From Eledone cirrhosa (taxonomy: Eukaryota), in assembly GCA_964016885.1 (NCBI GenBank), contig OZ024743.1:121830001-121894000 (forward strand): a stretch of DNA of 64,000 nucleotides, read 5' to 3'. A model generated the notes under the pieces. It searched no databases. It was given only the letters and a program-made list of their open reading frames with translations, and was not told the origin of the DNA. The position numbers and the translations under genes were made by a program. Of this stretch, positions 53,090-64,000 are shown in pieces. Each line of letters starts with the position of its first letter. The first letter of the stretch is position 1.

Positions 53090-54452
53090 ATTACTGAGTG
53101 TTCTACTGCCTGTTGAGTCTCAACAAAAATCTTAGTCAGATAGTACTTTCCTGAGTATATATGTTCAGTACCCAACAGAGCAGTTTTTTTTTTTTATATA
53201 GGAGAGCAATTCGTGATTCAAAAGCTATTTTCTTAAGATAGTCTCTTAGTTTTAGTGGTATCAAGTCCAAAGCTCTGATGACAACTGGGATTGTCTTGAT
53301 ATTGTTAGGTGGCATTTCTATCAATTTCAACCTTTGTCAGTATATTTGTTATTTTTTCAATTTATTTTAAGGCTATATAATGGTCTCCAGTGATAATAAC
53401 ATCAATAATCTGTCATTCACACATATTTCTGAGCATCGCTACAATATCAAATTTGTTTGTGTTTAAGTCTACAGTCTATTTGGATAGTGAAGTCCAGAGT
53501 GTCTTATGTTTATTTGTCACCAAGGACACTTTCTGGGATATGCTGGTACTACTTCTCAGACACCTGATATCCATATTTTTGCACATTGACCAGTGAAGGT
53601 ACATACAAACTTTATGTCTTTTTTAATACTCTTTTGGGACAAACATTTTGCAAGCACTCACTATATGGGTGACAATATATTAATTCCACACAGACAACAC
53701 TTCACACTTTCTCTAAGATGATATATCTCTATAATCACTAACTGGGTGCTCAAAACTTGGTTTTGGACTGAGATTAGCAGTGTTTCAGTCACCCTTTTTA
53801 GATCACTGTGGAAAAGCCAATCCCTAGACCTTTCACTCATTAAATTTAGATGTTTGTTGTTCAAATTGACCATGCAATGTCTTTTCAACTACTACTTCTC
53901 TTTTCTCTGCTAAGTCTTGTTCTCTTAAACTTTTCTTTACTCTCCATTTTCCATTTCCTAGGCCCATTACTTCTGAGGCATACTGTAAAAGCTTTACATT
54001 ACTATTTATCAAGTGGTAATTAATGGCCTACCTCTCATTCTTATATGCTTTTCATATCATACCCAAAGTGTTTTTAAGGCACCTTCCACCAAGATAGTTG
54101 AAAGTAATTACATTCTATGATGATTGGGACTGAAATTGTTTTAAGGTGCTCTAGGTATTTGTATTTGCAATATTTTTCAAATTCTTTTATTGATTATTTT
54201 TCATCTGATGGAATACTTATATCAATTAATTTCCAGGTTTCATCTTTCATGACCTTGATAATGATACCTGGCCACAATATTTGGTTTGCAATGTTCTATT
54301 TCATGGTCACATTGGACCATGAAGCCCTACAGAATCTTGATGCAAACATTTTCTACAACATCTTTTGATTTGTACTCATACTGCTGGCTTTCTCTTTCAA
54401 GGCTGTATTTTCCACATGACTACCAATGGATGATTTTTGCTGTTATCATGGC
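53090..54452 (-). mobile_element. Two degenerate R4/Dong-type (restriction-like endonuclease) LINE C-terminal fragments
   Basis: C..CG, H..V..YLHWS.C, WD/T..IQT, IIDV, IPVVI.AL; second copy HD..KIIHW..KIL.GF.VQCDHEIEH.KPNIV..LIDISIP. Confidence 0.65.
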
Positions 54453-54459
54453 ATCAAGT

Positions 54460-57150
54460 ATCATTCTTTCTAGTAGAATAAGCAAAAATTTCAAATTGAG
54501 TGATTTAGAAATGTATCTTTTGAAAAATGGTAAGTTCCTGTTGAAAGCAATACACTTTTGGCTCATTGCAAATATTTTAAGTATGATATAACTGCAAAAT
54601 ACTCTGATTTAATTAACATTTGAAATAAAATGAGTACTAGTCCTATGAAAACAGTAAAATTGCTTCAATATATTAGGCCTAAATACAATGAAACTGCTAG
54701 ACTTGAAAAAAACCTTATGAAGTTTATGAGCTGCCATTGTGAAATAATTGTTTCTACGTTAGACACAAGGCCAGCAATTTACCAGTGTATTACTGGTACT
54801 TTATTTTATCGACCACGTAAGGATGAAAGGCAAAGTTAACCTCGGCGGGATTTGAACTCAGAATAGCAAGGGCCGTAACTCTATGCGTCAAAACATGGCG
54901 TCCGACTCTCTACCAATACTGCCAATCCACTGCCCTTGCCATTGTGAAATAATGAATTGTTTCTGGTCCTCATGCTGCAAAACATGCTTGAATTGTTTAT
55001 CTTCTGCTTCCCTCCTGGCCTCTATGTTCTGTACTCTGCTACCCCTATTCTTCCATTGTTTCCATGCCTGTCCCTTAGCCTCGAGTGGAAAAGTGGATGT
55101 TAAACGGTGATGATGAATCAAATAATTTTAATGTTAGTAAAATTAATTCTAAATCAGGAATGCAATATGCCAAATGTTAAGAAGTGATTGAAAACAATGC
55201 CATCAGGATGACTTGATTAGTGACATAGGAAATAGAAATTTTAGTGAAAATGCTTATGATGGCTGTAATGCATTAGTAATATATATATTAGAGATATCTC
55301 TATATATCTTGGTTTAGTGGAATTACATAAATGTGATGATGAATGAGGGGGGAAAATAAATATAAAGAAACATGTAGCTATTAGTACAGATAATGTTTGT
55401 GACATGGCTGAAATGAACAATAGTGTAGATTAAATGCTTAAAGCAAAAATTCCTTTACTTATTTTCAATAAACATCTATGTCATTTACTTCAGTTAGCTG
55501 TGTCTTACGTTTCTGTTAGTGGTCTAATACCAGAAACACACAATTAGTTTTCTCTCTCTTTATTAAAACAAATAAAGGTGTGAGATTGGCAGAGTCATTC
55601 CCACTCTGTGCTATTGGCCCTCTTCCCCACCACTATCTCTACTTCGGTGTTCTCACCACCACAACCCATCATGCTATCAAAAATCACCCTTTCCCTACTC
55701 ATCACCGTCAAATCACACCACACTTATCTCCCTTTTATTCCTCTCAAACAACCCTCCGCAGGGCAGAGGGGCTTCTCCCATTGAGAAAAAGGAACAACAA
55801 ACTCTTTAGCACTGGCGCCATAAAAATGTGCCCAGTACACCCTATAAAGTAGTTGGTTATAAGAAGGGCATCCAGCCATAGACAGGTTGCCAAACAAAAG
55901 GTTGAGAGGACCCTTCAGTTGTGTAAAAAATATGACAACCTGGCTCTAGGTAGAAAGTGAAGCAGTACATAAGTGAGATGTAGACCCCCTGGATTGTCTG
56001 AGAGGTTAGTAGCTGAGAAAGCGGATGTTAAATGATGACGACGGTGATTTGAGCATCAGGTAAATGCTTAGTGGCATTTGTTTCTGCTCTTTACATTCTG
56101 AGTTCAAATCCTGTTGAAGTCAATGTTGCCTTTCATGCTTTCAAGATCGATAAAATAAAGTACCAACATAGTAGTGTGGTAGGTATAATCAATATTTCCT
56201 ACCCCACAAATTACTGGCTTTCTGCCTAAATTAAAAATTATTATCTAAACAAATAACTTTGAAGAGCTATACCAGGTACTTAATAATACTGAAAATCCTA
56301 TGAATTGTTAAATTAAGTGGTTAACTATTGAATCAGCTATGGAGTAAAAGAATTCAATGGCTTGAATTAAAAGCCTATTTTGAAATTATGAGAAATACTA
56401 TTCAAAAGAAAATAACTTATGCATCCCATTGTTGATGAAGTACAGTGTGTAAATTTGAGTAAAAAATTTGATAAACTCAAATTTATCATTATTCATATGG
56501 GAATAACCTAAAACTAGCAACCTCTGAAGTTGACTTGTAATATTGAAAAATATCTCGACCCTAAGCTCTATTTAGGTTATAGGTTTTCAAATTAAAACTG
56601 AAGAATTAAAATTACAAACAGTACATAAGAAAGCAATGTCAACAACAATTTATTTTATGCTTATTTAAACAGGTGAACCAAACATTACCAGAAAGATTTC
56701 ATATTATAATAAATATATCACTTTTCTCAGAAATGTTCTTTAACCAGTCAAAGAATATTATTCAGAGTCTAAATTGTTTGAATATTTTGAGGGTATCAAA
56801 AGAATCCATATCTGCTGCTCAATATCAATTTCATTGTTGAACTGGATTAATAAACCTGATACTGAATATTTTTGAACTGAAGTTTATCAGTATAAATATG
56901 CTTCTGGTTACATTTCCATTTAAAATCTCACAGACTATGCTATTTCAATTTAGAGAATAATTCACCTCAATGCAGAAGTTAAAAAAATATTAAGTTGTAA
57001 GAAATAAAATGTAATTGAATTTTCTGAATGTAAAATTTTATGTTGCTGCAATTGTGATAGAACTTCATATACTGTAGGAACAATGTCAATTTATATAATT
57101 ACAATGACAGAAATAGGTTTAGAAACCCTGAATATTTATAAATCAGGCAA
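54460..57150 (+). pseudogene. Fossil hAT-family transposase, interrupted by SINE/LINE insertions
   Basis: Ordered remnants: W.VPV..AHCKYFKYDI.AKYSDL (BED-like), DLISDIG, YLGLVEL, STDN, LCHLLQLAVS, KWLTIESA, QWLELKAYF, YLDPKLYLGY, F*TEVYQYKYASG, HLNAEVKKILS (hATC SNAxVERxFS-like). Many stops and frameshifts. Confidence 0.7.
54749..54936 (-). mobile_element. SINE family A inserted in the fossil hAT transposase
   Basis: 17-bp TSD TGCCATTGTGAAATAAT. Confidence 0.9.
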
Positions 57151-57175
57151 ATTTATTTCCATTATTGATATACAA

Positions 57176-57362
57176 AAGGGTGGTGAATTGGCGGTATCGG
57201 TAGAGGGTCGGACGCCATGCTTTGCAGCACAGTTACGTCCCTTTACGGACTCAGTTCAAATCCCGCCGAGGTTAACTTTGCCTTTCATCCTTACGGGGTC
57301 GATAAAATAAAGTACCAGTAATGTACTGCGTAATTACTGGCCTTGTGCCAATAGTAGAAACA
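57176..57362 (+). mobile_element. SINE family A (an older copy lies at about 56050-56240)
   Basis: TSD ATTATTGATATACAA. Confidence 0.9.
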
Positions 57363-57479
57363 ATTATTGATATACAATAATATAAGGTAAGCTAAATAAG
57401 TTTTGGTAGCCTTTTTTTACTATCACATTGCATTTTGAATGCTATGTGATAATTGACAAGATATTCACTGAATAGTTTT

Positions 57480-58270
57480 CAGTGGAATCTGGTGTAATGA
57501 TAGGGATGTATCCTCTCTACCACTCTTTTGATAGTTATTATCAACTGCATCAAACATAAGCCCCCATAAAATATGTCCATAGGCATTCAGTGGACACTTT
57601 TCTTCTTTTGAGATTTTGACTATGAAGATGAACTAATGAACTTCTCTTTAAAAAGAGATTATTACAGAAGAAAACTGACAGGCTGAACAATTATGCAAAG
57701 CAGATAAGTCTTAACATTAATACTTAAAAGTGCAAAACATGCATAAACTCGAACAACCCTGCACCTATCACTACCAATGAGGTGCCACTTTACATACCAA
57801 GGAAGTCTTAGTAGCAGACAATAGGAGCAAAAAAGGTGTATCAAAGTTCATTGAGCATTTGCACTACTCTAGTTAATCTGGAAGTCTAGGCAATACAGTA
57901 ATGTCAAAATCTGTCTTAATGTATGACTTAAAATGCTGGCAAATTGTAAAAGGAGACATGAATATGATCAATGCTTTACACAATGAGTGCCTGAGGAAAA
58001 CCTGCTGTGTCCTCTGGTCCAACAAAGTGTCAAATGAGGAGCTGAACCAGAAAACTGTTTGTAATAGAATGGTCCTTGAAATAAAATACCAGCAACACAG
58101 GTGGTTCGGTCACACACTCAGAATGACCCAGGGTATGATACCAAATGTAGTACTAAAATGGACATTACCTAGAAAGTGAAAGCTTGGGTGGCCATAAGAA
58201 CACTTGAATGAGAGCTGAGACAAATGCTGTTTGCATGGGACAAGGAATGGAAGGTTGGTAAAGACTGGCA
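57480..58270 (+). mobile_element. Old RTE-like LINE 3' fragment
   Basis: FDYED, FTYQGSL, AL HNECLRK..W.NKVSNEEL, RWFGHTLRM..LKWT. Confidence 0.7.
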
Positions 58271-58689
58271 TGAATGACATAGAAATGTTAAAATTTTATT
58301 TTCCAAACAATTCAATTATTAATAATAAATAGCCCTTTTTATTAAAATAAATTTTTCTTTGTTAAAAAATATCTATATTTTAATTTGATATAATTCTTTA
58401 ATAAAATGTATATCTGATTGCTATATTTCTGGTTATAGGGTTGTTTTGGCCAATTCTAGTTATACACCACAAATGAATTTTAAATTGACAACCCTGCTCA
58501 ACAGCCAGAGTTATAAAAACTATATTTCTCAGAGAAGAAGTATTTTACAATTTACACCTGGTCTCCTTTGCTTCTGCTTCCAAAACAATATTGAAATTAT
58601 GAAACAACTGTTGAAGTTGTGAAGCATTTTATTCTCAACCTATTTTCCAACTACTGACATTGACAAAACATGAGCTGAAATCTAGAGCA

Positions 58690-59210
58690 AGCAAAATAGC
58701 GGCAACTTGTGGACTTATCGTCACTATTATTATAAAATATTTTCCTAAAGAATTCATGTTGCAAGAAAAATAATTGTTAATTTTGAAAATAACTCAAAAT
58801 ATGGCAAGTCATTTTTATCAGCCCATTTCGTATTATCAAATCCAACGTGACCCGGTGCGTTTTTTTATAAACAGAATGTATTTTAAATAAATAAACTATG
58901 TGAAAATGTGAAAAAAAAAAAAAAAAAAAAAATCAATATTTTTTCATGGAAATATCACCATCAAGACCGCCATTTTCAATTGGAATGTTTTGTATAACCA
59001 TTTCAAAGACTGATATTTGTGAAAAAAGTAATGAAATAATCTTAATAAAATATCCAAGGAGTGTTAATTGATGTTATCCTTTATGATTTACTATTCTTAT
59101 TCAAACGGTTCACTAAAAGTTAAATGCGGCTAAAAATAATTATTCTAATATTTAATTCCACTTTTTGTGAGCTAACTTTTCACACATAATTGGACGTTGT
59201 ATCAGCCATC
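58690..59210 (+). promoter_or_regulatory. Putative promoter/5'UTR of the SR-like gene
   Basis: CpG-containing unique sequence with a YY1-like CGCCATTTT at about 58968; further YY1-like motifs follow in intron 1 (about 59416 and 60365). Confidence 0.35.
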
Positions 59211-59331
59211 ATGTCGCGGCGAGCGGAGGGGCAGCTTTTCATAGGAAGATTAAGCAAAAATACGCGACAAAGGGACCTAGAAGAAATATTTGAACCTTAT
59301 GGTCGCATGCAAAGATGTGAAATCAAGTACG
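59211..59331 (+). CDS. First coding exon of an RRM protein, SR splicing-factor-like (SRSF4/5/6 or SRSF3/7 type); downstream exons not identified in the window
   Basis: gccatcATG Kozak context. Translation MSRRAEGQLFIGRLSKNTRQRDLEEIFEPYGRMQRCEIKY(G) includes an RNP2 hexamer (LFIGRL) and 'DLE..F..YG'. Ends at donor G|gttagt. Confidence 0.85.
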
Positions 59332-61299
59332 GTTAGTATATTTCTAAGACTTTTTTCTCACATTATGGGGGAATATATTACATTTTCTTTTAACTGCTAC
59401 CTCATCAAGTGCGATCGCCATTTTGCCTTATATTTTACCTTCACTGTTTATGAAGACATGTTATTTAAAATTTATTTGTTAATTTATTTAAAATTGAATC
59501 TAATATTTGAAACGTAGATCGTAGTATTATTGCAGAATCATAAAGTAACATTTTCTTCCTGTTGATTTACATTAGAATCCATATGTCCGTGTTATCTTGT
59601 AAGTAGTAGTATTAGCATTCATCAGCATGTATATGTATAGCAATCATTCATCAAAGCTCGAATTTATCTAGTGAGTTATATGTTCTATACACCTGCAAAA
59701 GATATACATACACAAGTCATACTAAAGAATATAATTGATATTCGTTTACTAAACAAGATTTCAGAATCGGTTTTTATGAAAAACCCTTGATTTTTGCGTG
59801 TTTTTTTTTTTTTTTTTTGGAAGTCCAGAATTATTTAGTAGTTTTTTTTTTACAATTGAGCATTATTAGGTGACGTTTACATCTCCCCGCCTTCGATTTG
59901 TCTAAGCGCCTTAGTAATATCATATATGGAATCATTCTTAACATTTACCCCTTTATACTAGATAATGTAAATAGGATTCTATTCTGGGGTTAATAATATC
60001 CTCCTTATAGGTTAAAATTATTCTTTTATTCTTATCTTCCCTTTTGTAAGACATGTTATTCAAACAAGTAATCACCAGATCGATTAATTTGTGTTGCTAG
60101 TTCCCTTTTGTTCCCTGTAATAATTTCAGCAAGCGTTGAAATGGGTATCGGAGAGAATTTAAAGATTATGATGAACAAGCAAATAAATACGTGTATTTCT
60201 CACAACGAAACATCCAGCAGTTAAACATTGCTGTACATAACAAATAAGCATGTTAATTACCAATCTAAAATTAGAAAGTTTCCCCTATGCCGAATTAGAT
60301 ATTAGGATTTTAAAAAATTATTAAAAAAAATCTGAAAGCATATTGAATACAAATAAATTATGTTGGCCATTTTCTGTTTAATGCCGGTAAATTATTTTAT
60401 TTTAAAACTTCGTGTTGATATAGAATCATATGGTTATCTTTGAAATAAATTGCCTAGTAGTCCTATTCATTTTGTTTTTTGCGAATGCGCTCAAAGTATA
60501 GGTTATACGCAAAGAAATTTCAATGCAGCTATAGCATTCCAACTCTAGCACTAAATCTAACATTTAACAGGAACCGATACTCCTCCAATATATGTATATA
60601 TATATATATATATAGATATTAAATTTAAGCCCAAATCACACCTTTTTTTTAGGTGGGCATACAAATCAAATTGGCTAAAGGAAGCTACTTCCATATGTGT
60701 GTGTAGTTTTGCCGTGTACGAGTATAGTGGGGGAATGTATAAGAAAAAAAAATCAACTTGTTTTTCTTACCGAAACAAATGTTTTATTTTGGGTACTTCT
60801 AACGTAATCCAAACGTTGTTGTTTTTCATAATACACGTGCTTTTAAAAATGAAATTATTGTTAAGTATATTTTGTTCGCAAGAATAAAAATGTCTTTACA
60901 AATGCAAACCATATTTTTTAACCCCACGCCCAATTCATTTAGCTATAAAAAAATTTCATCTTAAAACACGTGTATTATGCCCTCCGCCCCATCAAAATAA
61001 AGGATCCACATTATTATGAAACTTATTTGTATTAGTAAGCTAAGTTATTTTTTTTACGTTATCAACTACACATGATATTAAGGAAAGGGGTGGGAGTAAT
61101 GAAGAGGGTAGTGACGTTGAGAATAGTACAAAAATGTGATGGGGTGGGTATGAATGGGTCAAAAACCACATTCTGCTACAAGTTTGTGGCACTGTGTGTG
61201 TGCATTTGATAGAAGGGGGAAACGGCATATAAGAGCGTAGCAGATATAAAGGAAAGCGTTGTGTTGATAAGGATATATTGGACGACTTCCTTATATACC

Positions 61300-62335
61300 G
61301 GTGGGCGGGTCTCTTCTAGTGCCACATGTTGCCAATCATTGTAGTCCCTTGTCACCTCCTTAGCTGCCAGTCTTGACTACTTCATCACATGTCCCTGGAT
61401 GTACCTCTTCAACAGGTCCTATCCACTGTGATTGCCTTGCATTTTCTTTTTATACAACCGTCATTTTCCATACACATCACATGTCCATAACAGTCTTCTT
61501 TCTTGCACACTACATCTGATTCCTTTTATATTCAATTTTTCTTTCTATTTGTTTAATGCTATGCTTCCATGCACACTGTCATTACATATCCACCAGGGCA
61601 TACTTGCTTCATTTCTTTCCAGCCTTCATAGATTTTCTGCAGTCAAGCACCCAATTTGCATTCATGCATCATACAATCTACCCTTCATTCTGACAGAGCC
61701 CTACCTTGCCCAGTATACTATTTCTTACTCTAACTACATCTAAATGCAGATTAGGTCATCTAGATAACAAAGGCTATTGATAACTAGGGAACTGCCTAAG
61801 CATTTAGGAAAATCTATTTCATGTATACTCTGTGTTTATTTCCCTTGTGCATCTGCTGCCTACAAAGTCTTCCTTCCCTGTTAAACTGCCTGTAATTCCA
61901 CTGCATCCCTTGTCATATTTCCCCCTCCATTTTTCTAGCCTTTCCAGGCCTGTCTCTTAGCTTTTATAGCTTTATCTATCCTATCATTCTACCACAATAT
62001 TACTGTCTGTCTTGCTGGAACCTAACACCAACCACAAATCTGATTGATCCATGGTTTTCAACAGGTTGTTTTGTAGTAACTCCTAATTTTTCTGTCCATA
62101 TTGTCCTTTTACTTCTGTAATAAGTATCAAGCAGGACTTCTGAATTTGCCACCAGCTGAGTGTTCTTTCAGGTTTCATTGTCTTCCTTCTCCAGATGGGT
62201 TATTGCTTCTTAGTTCATCTAGATCTTATTCTAAGGTCAGTGATAACTAATCTGCATTGGGAGGTACATTTTTTACCATGGAAGAAATTGGCATCTACAA
62301 TAATTCATTTGTTTTGTTTCCTGGTATAAGCACCT
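61300..62335 (-). mobile_element. Degenerate, internally deleted RTE fragments
   Basis: Remnants of TSQCRLV, WWN, RLYDA, HGS, YGHV. Confidence 0.65.
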
Positions 62336-63682
62336 AATTTTAGATAACCTTTCACAGTGTGATGTTGCACATTGGTTCTACAGTATGGTTTTCAGGTTTA
62401 TTCTGGATGCATTGCTATCTTTCACATTAACATTTTGCATCTTTCCTTCATTAGCTAGCTCAACAATGTCATTGATGACTGCCGGTATTCATTGTTTGTC
62501 AAATTCCAGAAAGTCAATTCATGCTTCTGACCATTGCTTCTTTCAAACACTTCTCATGCAGTTCCTGGTTACTTTATCCTAGGCTCCTTTGATATTATCT
62601 ATGGCCTTCATGATTTGGTAGTTTTACCAAAGGTCCTGATAGGGTGTTTATTTTTGCAATTTGTTTCTTCAACAAATTGTTTGAAAGAGCAACAAAAGTA
62701 GTAGAAATAACATGTTGATTCATAGGTTGGAGTATAGAAGTGTTGTTTGGTGTTAAGTAAACTACTTTGACGAAAATGCATGACTGAAAGGTGTCGGTGT
62801 TCTAGGTGTCACTCTAAGTATTATCATTCATCAACAATACTTTAGGTTATCTTATTTACAATATTTTTCACTGTAGGTTAAGACTGAAAACAATCACTGT
62901 GTGGAAATTTCTATTTTCACTCAGAAAAGACCTGATTCACCTTGAATACAAGTTGATACTGTTATGACACTGGGAAAAATTTTGGCTGCCCAACACTTCA
63001 CTTGCAATTTCACTAGACATAGTTTTGTCAAATAGGTTATGCTGTTGTTTGAATCTTTAAAACCAATTTCTGTTTGCTGTGAATGCTTCTGAATTATTTC
63101 GTTATTGTAAGTGCCTGAAGATGCTCCCTGGTTTTGCATATAAGCTGATTTAGTGGCATGTTGCATTGTGTTTTGTCATCCATTGACATAGCAAGCGTAC
63201 ATTCCATTTTGACCCCTAAATTTACTCCTCGAACAAGTCACTTTCTTTGCTGATAACAATAGAATTATCATGGCTGAAGCTTTTACTGTATTTGTGTTTT
63301 TCTAATTGTTGATGTGGCCAAGTTTAATGATTTACTCACATATGCTCTATGTTTGCCAGCTTTCAATTCCCTCAACATTTTATATCTGGTGTAATGTTTG
63401 ATTTGACATGTTAGACAAATTTTCACCACTTGGAGTTGCAGGCTACTTGCATTCTAGACGTGGCAAGTGGGGAAGAGAATTTCTATAGTCTGAGTTGATC
63501 CAAATTTTTTTGAACATTTTCATGTAGTTGGAGTGGACCTTTCCTTTATGTCAACTTGGGGTGGTCAGTTTAAATCAACTGACCTAGGTTGCCCCTGAAT
63601 CAAATATCTCCAATTTTATTTTTTATTTTTTGTCTCCGTGTACCCAGCTTGTTACCATGATTATTTATGATTGTTATGCAAT

Positions 63683-63734
63683 GCACCTGATGATGTCGCT
63701 GGAATTCTACTGGCCATTGAAATATATATAGTGT
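63683..63734 (+). ncRNA. Hammerhead ribozyme motif, sense to the SR-like gene
   Basis: GCAC-CTGATGA-TGTCGCTGGAATTCTACTGGCCATT-GAAA-T ATAT A-TA-GTGT. Same helix-III stub as the 794 motif; AATAAA follows at about 63742; stem II is imperfect. Confidence 0.6.
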
Positions 63735-63809
63735 CTGCAGAAATAAATACTTTAAAGGAATCTCAACTTTCCGGCCTCTTCTCACTTTATTCAATAATAA
63801 TTATATATA

Positions 63810-64000
63810 CTAGCAGAAACACCACCCTTCGGGTGGTTTCCGCTAGTATGTGTAGTGTGTATATTGATATTATACACAGGTATATATACATGTAGATATG
63901 ATACTTCAAATAAAATCGTAATTGACAATATACACAGAAATTGAACGAAGACTGCGTTACACTGTCTTATGTAATCAGTACGTAATCCATGATACATTAA
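63810..64000 (-). mobile_element. Helitron-like element, same family as 220-409, running off the window
   Basis: Reverse complement closely matches 220-409; GC hairpin (CCACCC gaa GGGTGG) then CTAG|T. Confidence 0.6.

Noticed and set aside
58439-58622. Open frame after a tag| acceptor (VVLANSSYTPQMNF...)
   Set aside because: No recognisable homology or upstream partner exon; the hAT fossil already ends at about 57150.
62877-63170. Candidate poison exon of the SR-like gene (ctgtag|GTTAAGACTGA)
   Set aside because: Only an acceptor-like motif in decayed repeat-like sequence; cannot be supported without transcripts or conservation.

Overview
Eukaryotic, AT-rich, repeat-dense animal DNA. The SINE/RTE/Penelope repertoire suggests a coleoid cephalopod, probably an octopus; this is inferred from recalled repeat families, not from a search. 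Host genes: (1) a complete six-exon ARL1 (ADP-ribosylation factor-like 1, 180 aa) on the minus strand, 51184->21006, with canonical GT-AG introns; (2) the first coding exon of a divergently transcribed RRM/SR-type RNA-binding protein gene on the plus strand (59211-59331), whose remaining exons were not found in the window. The rest is largely mobile-element debris: three Penelope-like elements (one Hydra-type), many RTE LINE fragments carrying a PHD-like finger inside the RT, R4- and CR1-type fragments, a non-autonomous two-LTR element with a tRNA-Trp PBS, hAT and piggyBac MITEs, a fossil hAT transposase, two Helitron-like ends and about 13 copies of one tRNA-derived SINE. The most notable non-coding signal is seven minimal hammerhead-ribozyme motifs (one with a broken core). 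Four of them cluster within 1.5 kb among long palindromes, and one lies sense-oriented in the presumed first intron of the SR-protein gene. Gene and ribozyme coordinates were read base by base; boundaries of decayed repeats are approximate.
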